Of a stretch of 64,000 nt of DNA, positions 49,707 to 59,341 are shown one piece after another. This DNA is from Acidimicrobiales bacterium (GTDB taxonomy: Bacteria; Actinomycetota; Acidimicrobiia; Acidimicrobiales; UBA8592): assembly GCA_030740795.1 (NCBI GenBank), contig JASLWO010000028.1, forward strand, positions 8,223 to 72,222, read 5' to 3'. Positions within the stretch are counted from its first letter, which is position 1; every line of letters begins with the position of its first letter. The position numbers were made by a program, and so were the translations under genes. The notes beneath the pieces were generated by a model. The model was not told the DNA's origin. It was given only the letters and a program-made list of their open reading frames with translations, and did no database searches.

Positions 49707-50801
49707 CTAGTGTCTTAGCAATTGAGCTTTCTGTCTAAGGGTCTCCAAAAGATTCTCAAATGAATTTTCAAAAGCGGCTACACCTTCAATTTCAAGTTGT
49801 GCGGCTACATCCTGGAGATCAATCCCCAATGCTTCAACGCTCTCAAGCACTTCAGTTGCTTGTCCAAATGATGTGTCAATAGTTCGCTCTAAAGTTCCAT
49901 GGTCAAGGAAAGCTGCGAGAGTTCCATCTGGAAGCGTATTCACAGTCTTGGGACCTATCAATTGGTCAACATATAACGTGTCCGGGTAAGCAGCGTTTTT
50001 GGTGGATGTAGAAGCCCATAATGGTCTTTGTAAATTTGCCCCCCGAGTTTCAAGAGTTTTCCATCGATCTGTTGATATTTGTTCCAAAAATAATTTGTAA
50101 GCTAATTGACCTTGCGCCACAGCTGTTTTGCCTTTAAGTCCAATAGCCTCACTAGTTCCAATTTCGTCTAAACGCGAATCAACTTCGGTTTCAGTCCGCG
50201 AGATGAAAAAAGATGCAACCGAAGAAATATCTGACAAATCTCCTTCTCGCTTTTCTAGACCAGACATGTACGCCTCAATTACTTCTTCATATCGCTCTAT
50301 AGAGAAAAGTAGCGTTACGTTAATTGATCGGCCTTCACTTACCATTTCCTGAATGGCAGGAATTCCTTCTTTAGTTCCCGGTATTTTTATATAGAGATTT
50401 TTGCTATCCAACTGATCATCTAAGTATCTCGCAGCATTCATTGTCGCTGCAGTATCACGAGCAAGGCGAGGGTCCACTTCAACTGATACGTAACCATCGA
50501 TTCCATTGCTGGAGTCATGAATAGGTTTGAGTAGTTGTAGGGCCTCGGAGATGTCAGTTTGGACTAATTGCCAATACGCCTCTTCAATAGTTCTACCATC
50601 GTTTATTAACGACAAAAATTGCTCATCGTATGCTACGGAATCCGATATAGCTTTTTCGAATATCGATGGATTGGAAGTTAATCCTCGAACTCCTTTATCA
50701 ATCCATCCTTGCAATTCACCGGAGTGAATCCAATCTCGTTTTAAGTTATCTAACCACGGACTCTGTCCAAACTGCTCAAAGAGTTTGATTAGTAATGTCA
50801 T
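49707..50801 (-). CDS. tal: Transaldolase
   Basis: SPWLDNL, GLTSNPSIF, IKIPGT, INVTLLFS, LWASTS.K. Confidence 0.95.
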   Translation of the reverse strand: MTLLIKLFEQFGQSPWLDNLKRDWIHSGELQGWIDKGVRGLTSNPSIFEKAISDSVAYDEQFLSLINDGRTIEEAYWQLVQTDISEALQLLKPIHDSSNGIDGYVSVEVDPRLARDTAATMNAARYLDDQLDSKNLYIKIPGTKEGIPAIQEMVSEGRSINVTLLFSIERYEEVIEAYMSGLEKREGDLSDISSVASFFISRTETEVDSRLDEIGTSEAIGLKGKTAVAQGQLAYKLFLEQISTDRWKTLETRGANLQRPLWASTSTKNAAYPDTLYVDQLIGPKTVNTLPDGTLAAFLDHGTLERTIDTSFGQATEVLESVEALGIDLQDVAAQLEIEGVAAFENSFENLLETLRQKAQLLRH

Positions 50802-52690
50802 TGGGTAATTGCATCCTGAATAGCTTGGAGACTGATCCCAAGTTTGTGCATCACTTCATTTCCTGGAGCAGATGCTCCAAAACGGTCAATTCCAACATGT
50901 GCATCAGCGAATTGCGACCACCCTAAAGTGATTCCAGCTTCAACGGAGACCGACGGAATAGTGCGATCAAGGTAAAGTTCCGAAGAAGTAGCCAACTCCC
51001 AACTTGGCATGGAAATAACTCGAACTGGATGTTTGTCTGCATACTCAAGACAAAGTGAGACCTCAGAACCTGTTGCGATCAAAGTCGCTTCGGGGGCATC
51101 GTGCTCGCGGATGGTGTATTGCCCGTTCTGTGCCTTCTCGACATTGGTTTCATCCATAATTGGAAGACTCTGACGCGAAAGGATCAATGCTGTTGGTCCA
51201 TCATGGTTCAACGCTGTCATCCATGCTGCAACTGTTTCTTTCGCGTCGGCAGGACGGATCACGGTTAACCCAGGTATCGCTCTCAAGGCCATGATTTGTT
51301 CTATCGGTTGATGAGTGGGCCCATCTTCTCCCACCCCTACAGAGTCATGTGTAAATGAATAAATCACTTTAGCTTGTGTGAGAGCCGCTAGACGTATCGC
51401 TGGTCGCATGTAATCGCTAAACACCAAAAAAGTACCTCCAACAGGCACGATTCCTCCATGTAGTGCTATCCCGTTCATGATTGCCCCCATCGCGTGTTCG
51501 CGGACTCCGAAGAATAGTTGTTGACCGGAAGGATTTTGAGCAGACAAGGGCAGATTTTCTTTGAGGGCGGTTCCTGTGTTCCCAGTTAAATCAGCTCCTC
51601 CAGCGATGACAGCAAGGTCGGAAGCTATTGCATTTAAGCACACCCCGCTTGCGACCCGAGTAGCGACTGCTTCGCCAATTTGAGACTCATATTCTTTTTT
51701 CACGGTGTCAAGATCCCAATTCCCTAATTCACTTTCCGGATTCCACATAGTGGATACTGCTTCTTCGTTATATCTGCTACCTGCTTTACAGTAGAAGGCG
51801 TTGACTTCTTCAGGTATATAGAACGGTTCGGTAGATGGGAACCCCATAACGCTTTTAACATCTGCTATTTCAGAATCTTTGAATGCGTAACCATGGGCAC
51901 TTGGAGCATCCGTCAAAGTGGGCGAAGGGAATCCGATATGAGTCCGAATAATTATAAGTGAAGGAGCTTCTTCATTCTCCCCAGCGCGTTTGAGTGCCTT
52001 CTCGATCTCGTCTAGGTCTTCGCCTGACTCTCCGATATCAATAACATCCCACCCATAGGCTTCAAATCTTTTCGCTGTATCATCCTGTAAAGCAAGTTCG
52101 GTCGGTCCATCTATAGTGACATGATTATCGTCGTATACGCAGATTAATCGTCCCAATTTTTGTTGCGCAGCAAGGGAAGCAGCTTCATGGCTTATCCCTT
52201 CGGATAGATCTCCGTCCCCGCAAATAGCGTATATTCTATGGTCAATTTTGTCGGAGCCATATTTGTCTCGCATCCAGCGTTCTGAGATTGCCATTCCTAC
52301 AGCATTAGCGAAACCTTGCCCTAACGGTCCTGTAGTTACTTCAACTCCGGGCGTGTGACCTACCTCAGGGTGTCCTGGTGTAAGGCTATCCCATTGGCGG
52401 AAGTTCTTAATGTCATCAAGCGTTAGTGCGGATCCAGTAAGGTGCAACATTGCGTATTGCAAGATAGAAGCGTGTCCTGCACTTAAGATGAATCGGTCTC
52501 GGTTAAACCAACCTGGATGTTCAGCGCTATAACGCAAAATCCTTGTAAATAGAACATGGGCTAAAGGAGCTAAAGCCATAGCTGTTCCTTGATGACCGGA
52601 TTTAGCTTTGTGAGGAGCGTCCATCGCTATACATCGGATTGTATTTACTGCAAGCGTTTCAAGCTCTGGATCAACGTCTATCTGATTCAT
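50798..52690 (-). CDS. tkt: Transketolase
   Basis: SGHQG, TTGPLGQG, GDGD, GVREHAM, GEDGPTHQP; start ATG 52690 after GGGAG. Confidence 0.95.
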   Translation of the reverse strand: MNQIDVDPELETLAVNTIRCIAMDAPHKAKSGHQGTAMALAPLAHVLFTRILRYSAEHPGWFNRDRFILSAGHASILQYAMLHLTGSALTLDDIKNFRQWDSLTPGHPEVGHTPGVEVTTGPLGQGFANAVGMAISERWMRDKYGSDKIDHRIYAICGDGDLSEGISHEAASLAAQQKLGRLICVYDDNHVTIDGPTELALQDDTAKRFEAYGWDVIDIGESGEDLDEIEKALKRAGENEEAPSLIIIRTHIGFPSPTLTDAPSAHGYAFKDSEIADVKSVMGFPSTEPFYIPEEVNAFYCKAGSRYNEEAVSTMWNPESELGNWDLDTVKKEYESQIGEAVATRVASGVCLNAIASDLAVIAGGADLTGNTGTALKENLPLSAQNPSGQQLFFGVREHAMGAIMNGIALHGGIVPVGGTFLVFSDYMRPAIRLAALTQAKVIYSFTHDSVGVGEDGPTHQPIEQIMALRAIPGLTVIRPADAKETVAAWMTALNHDGPTALILSRQSLPIMDETNVEKAQNGQYTIREHDAPEATLIATGSEVSLCLEYADKHPVRVISMPSWELATSSELYLDRTIPSVSVEAGITLGWSQFADAHVGIDRFGASAPGNEVMHKLGISLQAIQDAITQ

Positions 52691-52766
52691 CTGTCTCCCT
52701 GTCAACGTGTATACAATAACGTGGTCGAACTTGGAAAGCCGTGATCTTAAAAAAATCCGCAAACCA

Positions 52767-53150
52767 TTATGCAGATGCTTCAACTGTGTAAGGAATTGTG
52801 ATGGTATTACCGGTGTCTATTCGGCAGTTGGCATAAACCGTACAGGGTTCATTTAGTTCAAGTTCCGCCCTAATTAAACGATAAGCAAATTGGCTTGGTT
52901 GGATTTGTAATGGTTGCACATTCCTAGCAATCTCAACATCATTCAACTGATAAGTAACTTCCAAAACACCGGATCCGGTTCCACCTGCTTCACTGTGTAT
53001 CAGTACAACAAGATGAGGAGCTATTACTAAAGGAAAGTCATCGGATACCGAAGTGGTGAATTGGACTCCTGTCAGATCAATGCGTGTAAGTGAATTCGAT
53101 GTTTCCCTCATTGAAATGTCATCAATAAAAAGAGTAGCAAGGATCTGCAT
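52767..53150 (-). CDS. Hypothetical beta-rich protein (127 aa)
   Basis: GGAGG SD and a clean ORF; no family recognised with confidence. Confidence 0.6.
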   Translation of the reverse strand: MQILATLFIDDISMRETSNSLTRIDLTGVQFTTSVSDDFPLVIAPHLVVLIHSEAGGTGSGVLEVTYQLNDVEIARNVQPLQIQPSQFAYRLIRAELELNEPCTVYANCRIDTGNTITIPYTVEASA

Positions 53151-53179
53151 CTAAAGCCTCCATTTTGTGGACGGTAGAA

Positions 53180-53197
53180 TACCACTCGGTAGAGAAT
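53180..53197. promoter_or_regulatory. Second copy of the TetR operator-like sequence
   Basis: TACCACTCGGTAGAGAAT matches 23140-23157 (TACCACTTGGTAGAGAAT) at 17 of 18 positions. Confidence 0.6.
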
Positions 53198-53252
53198 AAC
53201 TCATAACTGCACTTGAGTAGCTGTATCAAGTAAAAGCGGTATCGTTAACTAG

Positions 53253-53885
53253 ATGGTTTCCTTGTCTGAATTTGAAAGCAAGAAATTATTGCATGGTTAC
53301 GGGCTACGCACAACTAAAGAATTCTTGGTGAGTAGCCCCAACGAAGCACTGGAAGTAGCTAAGAAGTTTGGCTATCCGGTTGTAGCGAAATTATGCGGTG
53401 AAGGAATTTCTCATAAAACTGAGATCAATGGTGTTCGGTTGAACATACAGAATTCGGATGAGCTCCTTGCAGCAATTCAAGAACTAGAATTATTAGGTGA
53501 TGGAAACAGTGATTATCTAATCGCAGAGCAAATAAATGGCAGTCGAGAATTTATTGCCGGCTACCACATCGACAAGGATTTTGGCCCAGTTCTAATGTTC
53601 GGTTTAGGAGGAATTTTTGCTGAAGTTCTGGCAGATGTGAATTTCCGACTTCTTCCAACCAGCAGAGACGAGATTCTCACAATGGCAAAAGATCTCAGCG
53701 GACGTGCCCTATTAGAGGCTTTCCGAGGTGAAGAAGCGGTATCTATCCAGAATCTTGTCGAATCTTTAGAAGCAATAGCGCAATGTGGGCTTGATAACCC
53801 GTCAATCATTTCAATTGATGTAAATCCGTTAATCATTTCTAATACCAAACCCATTGCAGTAGACGCTCTGGTAATACAATCATGA
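53253..53885 (+). CDS. Acetate/acyl-CoA ligase (ADP-forming) beta subunit, ATP-grasp
   Basis: LSEFESKKLL, GYPVVAK, HKTE..GV, FGP..MFGLGG, DVNP. Confidence 0.87.
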   Translation: MVSLSEFESKKLLHGYGLRTTKEFLVSSPNEALEVAKKFGYPVVAKLCGEGISHKTEINGVRLNIQNSDELLAAIQELELLGDGNSDYLIAEQINGSREFIAGYHIDKDFGPVLMFGLGGIFAEVLADVNFRLLPTSRDEILTMAKDLSGRALLEAFRGEEAVSIQNLVESLEAIAQCGLDNPSIISIDVNPLIISNTKPIAVDALVIQS

Positions 53886-55345
53886 CTGACAACCACTATT
53901 TAACGACTTTGTTCAATCCCAAAGGGGTGGTAGTAGTTGGTGCTTCAACCCACCCCGGAAAATTCGGATTCGTAGCACTACACAATATTTTAAGCGCTGG
54001 ATTTGATGGCCCGATATTTGCTACGAATCCGGATAAGCCAATAATACTAGGAATCCAAGCTCACGCGGAAATCCTTGATTTACCACAGGGTCAAGTAGAT
54101 TTTGCAATGATTTGCATTTCCCCGAACAAGATAATTGATATCTTGCCTCAGCTAGCGCAAATAGGTGTAAAGGCAGCTTTTGTAGTTTCAGGCGGATTCA
54201 AGGAAACTGGGCCTGAAGGAGAATATTTGGAAAAACAACTAGTAGAAAAAGCTGTTGAATGCGGGATTCAAATCGCTGGACCAAATGGGCAAGGTCTAGT
54301 CTCAACGCCTGTGAATCTATGTTCCCAAATAGTTTCGCCTTACCCACCGGAAGGGAAGATTTCTATAGCTAGCCAATCAGGAAATATTCTTTCTGCCCTA
54401 ATGAACCTCTCGCGCCATTCAAATGTAGGAATAGCGCGAGCTATATCAACTGGGAATCAAGCTCATTTCAGTGTCTCAGATTATTTAGATTATTTTTGTA
54501 ATGACCCAGAAACAGCCGTAGTCGTTGCTTATGTTGAAGGACTTCCGAATGGAAGACAGTTCTATAATTCGTTAAACGATACAGCATCTAATAAACCGGT
54601 AATTGTTTTGCGTGGTGGATCCACGAAAAGTGGTGCAAAGGCAGCAGCGAGTCATACAGGCTCGTTAGCATCTGACCACGCGATCTTTACTGATATGGTA
54701 AAGCAGGCAGGCGGTTATTTAGCCACTGACGTAGATGACGCATTCGCGTTAGCAGCCACTTTTGCAACACAACCTCTGCCCAATGGTAAAAACACTGTTG
54801 TTATGACAACTGCAGGTGGCTGGGGAGTACTTACAGCGGATGCTGTAGCGAATGCAGAATTAGAACTGCTTCCATTGCCAAAAGACTTGGAATCATCTAT
54901 CGATACGCTACTGCCTCCTCGTTGGAGCAGAAATAACCCTGTAGACCTTGCCGGAGGGGAAACTAGAGACACAATACCGGACCTGCTATCCATGCTTCTT
55001 GAACACAAAGCCGTAGACTCTCTGATTTTCCTTGGTTTGGGGATCCAAGGCAATGTAGCTAGAAGCTACTTTGAAAGTCCACTTGCAACCGATGGTACGA
55101 ATCGTATGGCTACATTCCATTCAGCTCAAGAGAAACGCTATGCAGAGTCAATCGTTGAAGCAATCAATAATTTCAACAAACCCGTTCTGGTAGCATCGGA
55201 ACTATCGGTCGCAGATCCTGAGAATCCGGGTCCCAAATCTATTCGCGATAGCGGCCTAATGTGTTACCGGTCTCCGTTAGTTGCTGTTAAATGCCTAGAG
55301 CGACTCACTAATTTTGCTGAACGAAGCACCACAAAATTACAATGA
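53882..55345 (+). CDS. Acetate/acyl-CoA ligase (ADP-forming) alpha subunit, CoA-binding
   Basis: VVGAS..PGK, GPNGQG, SQSG, ASHTG phospho-His, NPVDL. Confidence 0.88.
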   Translation: MTDNHYLTTLFNPKGVVVVGASTHPGKFGFVALHNILSAGFDGPIFATNPDKPIILGIQAHAEILDLPQGQVDFAMICISPNKIIDILPQLAQIGVKAAFVVSGGFKETGPEGEYLEKQLVEKAVECGIQIAGPNGQGLVSTPVNLCSQIVSPYPPEGKISIASQSGNILSALMNLSRHSNVGIARAISTGNQAHFSVSDYLDYFCNDPETAVVVAYVEGLPNGRQFYNSLNDTASNKPVIVLRGGSTKSGAKAAASHTGSLASDHAIFTDMVKQAGGYLATDVDDAFALAATFATQPLPNGKNTVVMTTAGGWGVLTADAVANAELELLPLPKDLESSIDTLLPPRWSRNNPVDLAGGETRDTIPDLLSMLLEHKAVDSLIFLGLGIQGNVARSYFESPLATDGTNRMATFHSAQEKRYAESIVEAINNFNKPVLVASELSVADPENPGPKSIRDSGLMCYRSPLVAVKCLERLTNFAERSTTKLQ

Positions 55346-55381
55346 ATAGTGACTCGAATAGAATAGAAGTAAACTTCAGAT

Positions 55382-56860
55382 GTGTTCCGACTTCTGCAGC
55401 GTTTACTTCTCCCATTATTTGTTCTTGCACTCCTAATCACTCTTCTTAACTTTAAAGATAATTTTGGCTACGAGTCAATAAACCAATTAGAAACAAATGA
55501 TCAAAATACCGACCTTTTGACACCTGTTTTCTCCTTGCGTCGAGCACCGAAACTTCTCACTTCTCCTTTAGCAAATCAAAAATTGACTGATGATATTGAG
55601 AATCTCATCGCAGATTTGCCTGAATCAAGTTGCTTGTCTATCGAGTCGCCTATTGAGAATATCTTTGCTCACAAAACCGAAATCCCACTCACTCCAGGAG
55701 GGGCGCAAAAGATAATCACAGCCTATGCGGCTCTGCAACAACTGGGTAAAGATTTTCAGTATGAAACCATTGTCGCCGCTGACAGAGAAACTGACGAAGA
55801 TGGAAACCTACTAAGCAGCGATTTATACGTTTTCGGCAGTGGAGACCCTTTGCTTCGGACGAATTCCTATGCTGAGCTACTTCCAGATAGTTACAGCCAA
55901 ATACGAACTAACGCAGACGAACTTGCTGACTTGACCGTTGGAGTGAATATTCTGTTCATCCAAGGAGCTGTTGTTGTAAATGAAAGTCGATACGACGAAG
56001 AAAGAACTGTGCCTGGCTGGTCAAATGATTTGAAAGAAGCTGCTCTCATCGGCTCATTAAGTGCCGCACTCCTAGACGGTGGCTTTGATGGACTTAAGCA
56101 AAATTACGCTGAACAGAAGGAAGCTGAGAATCCAGCGCCACTTACACCAAGTGCAAACCCAGCGAAAAGATTCGCTGCGAATTTTGATGACTTGCTTGAA
56201 GCCAGAAATGTGATCATCTTACAAGCAGCAAAAGAAACTACAGGAGTGGAATTAGTGGACACTGTTGAACTGCTCTCGATCAAATCGCCAACTATGGATT
56301 TGATCATTAAGCAAATGCTTACAAACGACGACACAGTAACCGCAGAAATGGTCCTTAAGGAGATCGGGTACTCGCGAACTGGTCAGGGAACAACGGGCGC
56401 TGGCCTTGTTTCTATCCCAGAAATTATTAACGGAGCAGGGCTTGCCGATACTGGAATTCTGTTAATTGATGGCTCTGGATTAAGTAACGAGAACCAAATA
56501 AACTGCAACTTGTTAAACTCCATCCTTGAAGATCCCGATACTAAAGATGTTTTTTTGAACGGCCTTCCAATAGCAAGTCAAGAGGGGATTGTTTCAGATC
56601 AATTCATTGGCACAGAATTTGAAACAAAGTTACGTGCGCATTATTCGCAAAGTGCTACTTACGCATCTCTTGCCGGTTACTACACGACGCCAAATGGGAC
56701 TCAACTTATACTTTCACTAATCGTTAATGCTTCACCTGATGACGAAATGTTCCGAGAAGACACAGCGGGATTCGTCGGTAAATTCGCAGAGGCGTTATCA
56801 GCGTATTCAGGTGGTCAGCCCCTAGATGAATTAGGACCGCTTGGAATATCCCAACCATGA
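55382..56860 (+). CDS. Peptidase S13 (DacB/PBP4)-like protein with degenerate catalytic motifs
   Basis: N-terminal TM, GSGDP and DGSGLS signatures; SxxK, SxN and KTG are replaced. Confidence 0.78.
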   Translation: MFRLLQRLLLPLFVLALLITLLNFKDNFGYESINQLETNDQNTDLLTPVFSLRRAPKLLTSPLANQKLTDDIENLIADLPESSCLSIESPIENIFAHKTEIPLTPGGAQKIITAYAALQQLGKDFQYETIVAADRETDEDGNLLSSDLYVFGSGDPLLRTNSYAELLPDSYSQIRTNADELADLTVGVNILFIQGAVVVNESRYDEERTVPGWSNDLKEAALIGSLSAALLDGGFDGLKQNYAEQKEAENPAPLTPSANPAKRFAANFDDLLEARNVIILQAAKETTGVELVDTVELLSIKSPTMDLIIKQMLTNDDTVTAEMVLKEIGYSRTGQGTTGAGLVSIPEIINGAGLADTGILLIDGSGLSNENQINCNLLNSILEDPDTKDVFLNGLPIASQEGIVSDQFIGTEFETKLRAHYSQSATYASLAGYYTTPNGTQLILSLIVNASPDDEMFREDTAGFVGKFAEALSAYSGGQPLDELGPLGISQP

Positions 56861-56861
56861 A

Positions 56862-57485
56862 ATGAATCACTTACCAATGTTTCCTTTGGGAAATGTGATC
56901 TTCCCACTTAAAAAATTTGATCTGCGCGTGTTTGAGAATAGATACTTAGAATTAATAACCGACATACAAGATTCCGGCGGCTACTTCGGAAGTTGTTTGA
57001 TTGAAAGAGGACACGAAGTAGGTGGCGGCGACAAAAGGTTTAGTACGGGCACTTACTGTCAGGTAACTAAATTATCAAAAATTGCCTCAAATCAAATAAT
57101 GGTTGAATGTCAAGGCACGAATAAGCTAGTAGTACACCAGTGGCTGCCTGAAGTTTCTTATCCTGTCGCAAACGTTGAATATCTTGAAGAACGCATCGCG
57201 CATACATACAAATCTGAAACAAAAACTTTGATAATCCAAGAGTTACAGGAATGCTACTTGCTCATGAATCAACTTCAAGAGAATCAATTTCCCAGCCCGA
57301 ATTTTAAGGCATTTTCAAAACTTGCCCTGTACGAATTGTGTGATATAGCACCTTTAGGCCAAATGAACCGCTACGCACTGCTGGCATGTGAATCTGAACC
57401 CGAAAGGGAAGATCTTCTACTTTCGCTAGTGACCGATGAACGATTGACTCTTACAGAAATACGACAACTACGAAATCATTCGTAG
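56862..57485 (+). CDS. LON substrate-binding domain protein
   Basis: LPMFPL..VIFP...L.VFE.RY, IERGHEVGGGD. Confidence 0.85.
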   Translation: MNHLPMFPLGNVIFPLKKFDLRVFENRYLELITDIQDSGGYFGSCLIERGHEVGGGDKRFSTGTYCQVTKLSKIASNQIMVECQGTNKLVVHQWLPEVSYPVANVEYLEERIAHTYKSETKTLIIQELQECYLLMNQLQENQFPSPNFKAFSKLALYELCDIAPLGQMNRYALLACESEPEREDLLLSLVTDERLTLTEIRQLRNHS

Positions 57486-57546
57486 GATTCGAAAACTGCA
57501 ACTACCGAAAAGCTATATTTACCGCTACCGTTCCTTTTAGGTAAAC

Positions 57547-57858
57547 ATGATTTCCAAATCCAACAGCGAGGCGCTCTCAGAAAAAATCACTGAGTTTCGA
57601 TCCTTAATGACCTCCTACGCTAGGCAAGAGGTGCAAGACCCGCTGTCAGCACTTATCAAATGGACTCTCCTAGGACTACTCGGAGCTGCATTTATTCTGG
57701 TCGGAATTCTCATTACATCAATCGGCTTACTTCGCTTATTACAAGACAAAGCAACTGTATTTAATGACGAATTTTCTTTTGTTCCGTATTGTCTCTCTGC
57801 ATTATTCTTGATCACTCTTGGAACCCTTTTCATGAAAAGTTCCAGAAAGCATAAATAA
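57547..57858 (+). CDS. Small two-TM membrane protein (actinobacterial holin-like family)
   Basis: YARQE..DPL followed by two hydrophobic helices and a basic tail. Confidence 0.6.
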   Translation: MISKSNSEALSEKITEFRSLMTSYARQEVQDPLSALIKWTLLGLLGAAFILVGILITSIGLLRLLQDKATVFNDEFSFVPYCLSALFLITLGTLFMKSSRKHK

Positions 57859-57859
57859 C

Positions 57860-58168
57860 GTGAACAAGAAAAAAGAGAGAATAACCCCTGTAGATATTGA
57901 AAAAAAGTTGGTAGAAGTCCGTAAGGAAATAACTACCGTTCCCGGTGTTCTTTCCTTATTGAAGAAGGCATCACCTTCGCTAGTAACTTTAATAGGGCTT
58001 TGGGCTAGAAACATCACCCAGAAGAAATCATCAAACAAAGCGAGCGCTTTAATAGAGATTCAGATGTTCCCAAAAATCAGAAAGTACTTTTTCAAACCAT
58101 CTGCGAAAGCAGTTATGAAGATTGGCAAGTCAGCGACCAAAGATAGCGAAGCCCAAAGTGAGTCTTAG
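57860..58168 (+). CDS. Hypothetical basic protein
   Basis: ORF filling the gap between the membrane protein and trmI; N-terminus ITPVDIEKKL. Confidence 0.5.
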   Translation: MNKKKERITPVDIEKKLVEVRKEITTVPGVLSLLKKASPSLVTLIGLWARNITQKKSSNKASALIEIQMFPKIRKYFFKPSAKAVMKIGKSATKDSEAQSES

Positions 58169-58937
58169 CTCAAGCCCGCTTGCAACCGGTGACCTCCTAT
58201 TATTGGTTGACTCTAAAGACCGCCGTTATCTACTGACGTTGCAACAAGGAAAAGAATTCCACTCGCACGCAGGATTTATTTCGCATGATTCACTGATCGG
58301 AATGGATGGGGGTTTCCACATAAAATCTTCTGGTGGAATGGAGTATCTCGCTATTCGACCCACCATGGCCGACGTGGTTCTTAAAATGCCTCGTTCAGCG
58401 CAAATTATCTACCCGAAAGACCTAGGCCATCTCTTGATAGCGGCTGATATAGGACCACAACAGAAGGTCTTAGAATCCGGAGTTGGTTCTGGTGCCTTAT
58501 CTATAGCGCTACTACGCGCTGGGGCGAATGTCATAGGCTATGAACTCCGAGAAGATTTCGCTCAAAGAGCAATTAAGAATGTGACTGGTTTTTTTGGACA
58601 AAATATCACTGAAAAGTATTCGGTGAGAATTGGAAATGCATATGAAGGTTTCGACGAGTCAGGTTTTGATCGCATGGTACTTGACCTACCTGAACCATGG
58701 CGTGTTATAGATCATGTTAAATCAGTTTTAAATACTGGAGGTATTCTCGCCTCATACACGCCTAGCATTACACAGGTTTCCAAATTAAGGGGATACCTAA
58801 ATTCAGATAAATTCGTCATGGTCGAAACAACTGAGATACTTAGACGAACATGGCACGTTGAAGGACAAGCTGTTCGGCCGGATCACAGAATGGTAGCTCA
58901 CACAGGATTCATAACTTCTGCGAGATTCATAGGGTAG
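58158..58937 (+). CDS. trmI: tRNA (adenine58-N1)-methyltransferase
   Basis: MPR.AQIIYPKD, ESGVGSGALS, LDLPEPW, VRPDHRMVAHTGF; start GTG 58158 or TTG 58122. Confidence 0.93.
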   Translation: MSLSSSPLATGDLLLLVDSKDRRYLLTLQQGKEFHSHAGFISHDSLIGMDGGFHIKSSGGMEYLAIRPTMADVVLKMPRSAQIIYPKDLGHLLIAADIGPQQKVLESGVGSGALSIALLRAGANVIGYELREDFAQRAIKNVTGFFGQNITEKYSVRIGNAYEGFDESGFDRMVLDLPEPWRVIDHVKSVLNTGGILASYTPSITQVSKLRGYLNSDKFVMVETTEILRRTWHVEGQAVRPDHRMVAHTGFITSARFIG

Positions 58938-58942
58938 TGGGG

Positions 58943-59176
58943 TTAAACCTCGAGGTAGATGCACTCACCGGGGCATTCTTCAGCAGATTCGATGGTAGCT
59001 TCTTCCTGTCCGTCAGGAACAACACCCAAGCCATCAGGTCCCCCTGGATCGGAATAGATTGTATCCCCTTCTTTGACATAAGCTAAACCATCGTCAAGAA
59101 GCGTAAAAACATCTGGGGCTATTTCTTCACATAACCCGTCTCCAGTACAAAGATCTTGATCAATCCAAACTTTCAT
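58943..59176 (-). CDS. Ferredoxin (CxxDxxC...CP)
   Basis: DQDLCTGDGLCEEIAP...ECPGECI. Confidence 0.92.
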   Translation of the reverse strand: MKVWIDQDLCTGDGLCEEIAPDVFTLLDDGLAYVKEGDTIYSDPGGPDGLGVVPDGQEEATIESAEECPGECIYLEV

Positions 59177-59341
59177 TTATCCCTCTTAATTTAAGTTGCC
59201 AAAGAATATTATGTCCAAATGGTATAAGAAATGTGTGGATGTTGAAACACTTTTTAATAGAAGTATCTAAGATTATGAATTTTATATGAAAGCTCATACA
59301 TGTGCCGAGGCAATGATGGTATAGGCTTCTACGATAAATAT

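Noticed and set aside
57547-58168. Prophage lysis genes (holin-like ORF)
   Set aside because: No endolysin or other phage genes; similar small membrane-protein pairs are ordinary chromosomal genes in Actinobacteria.
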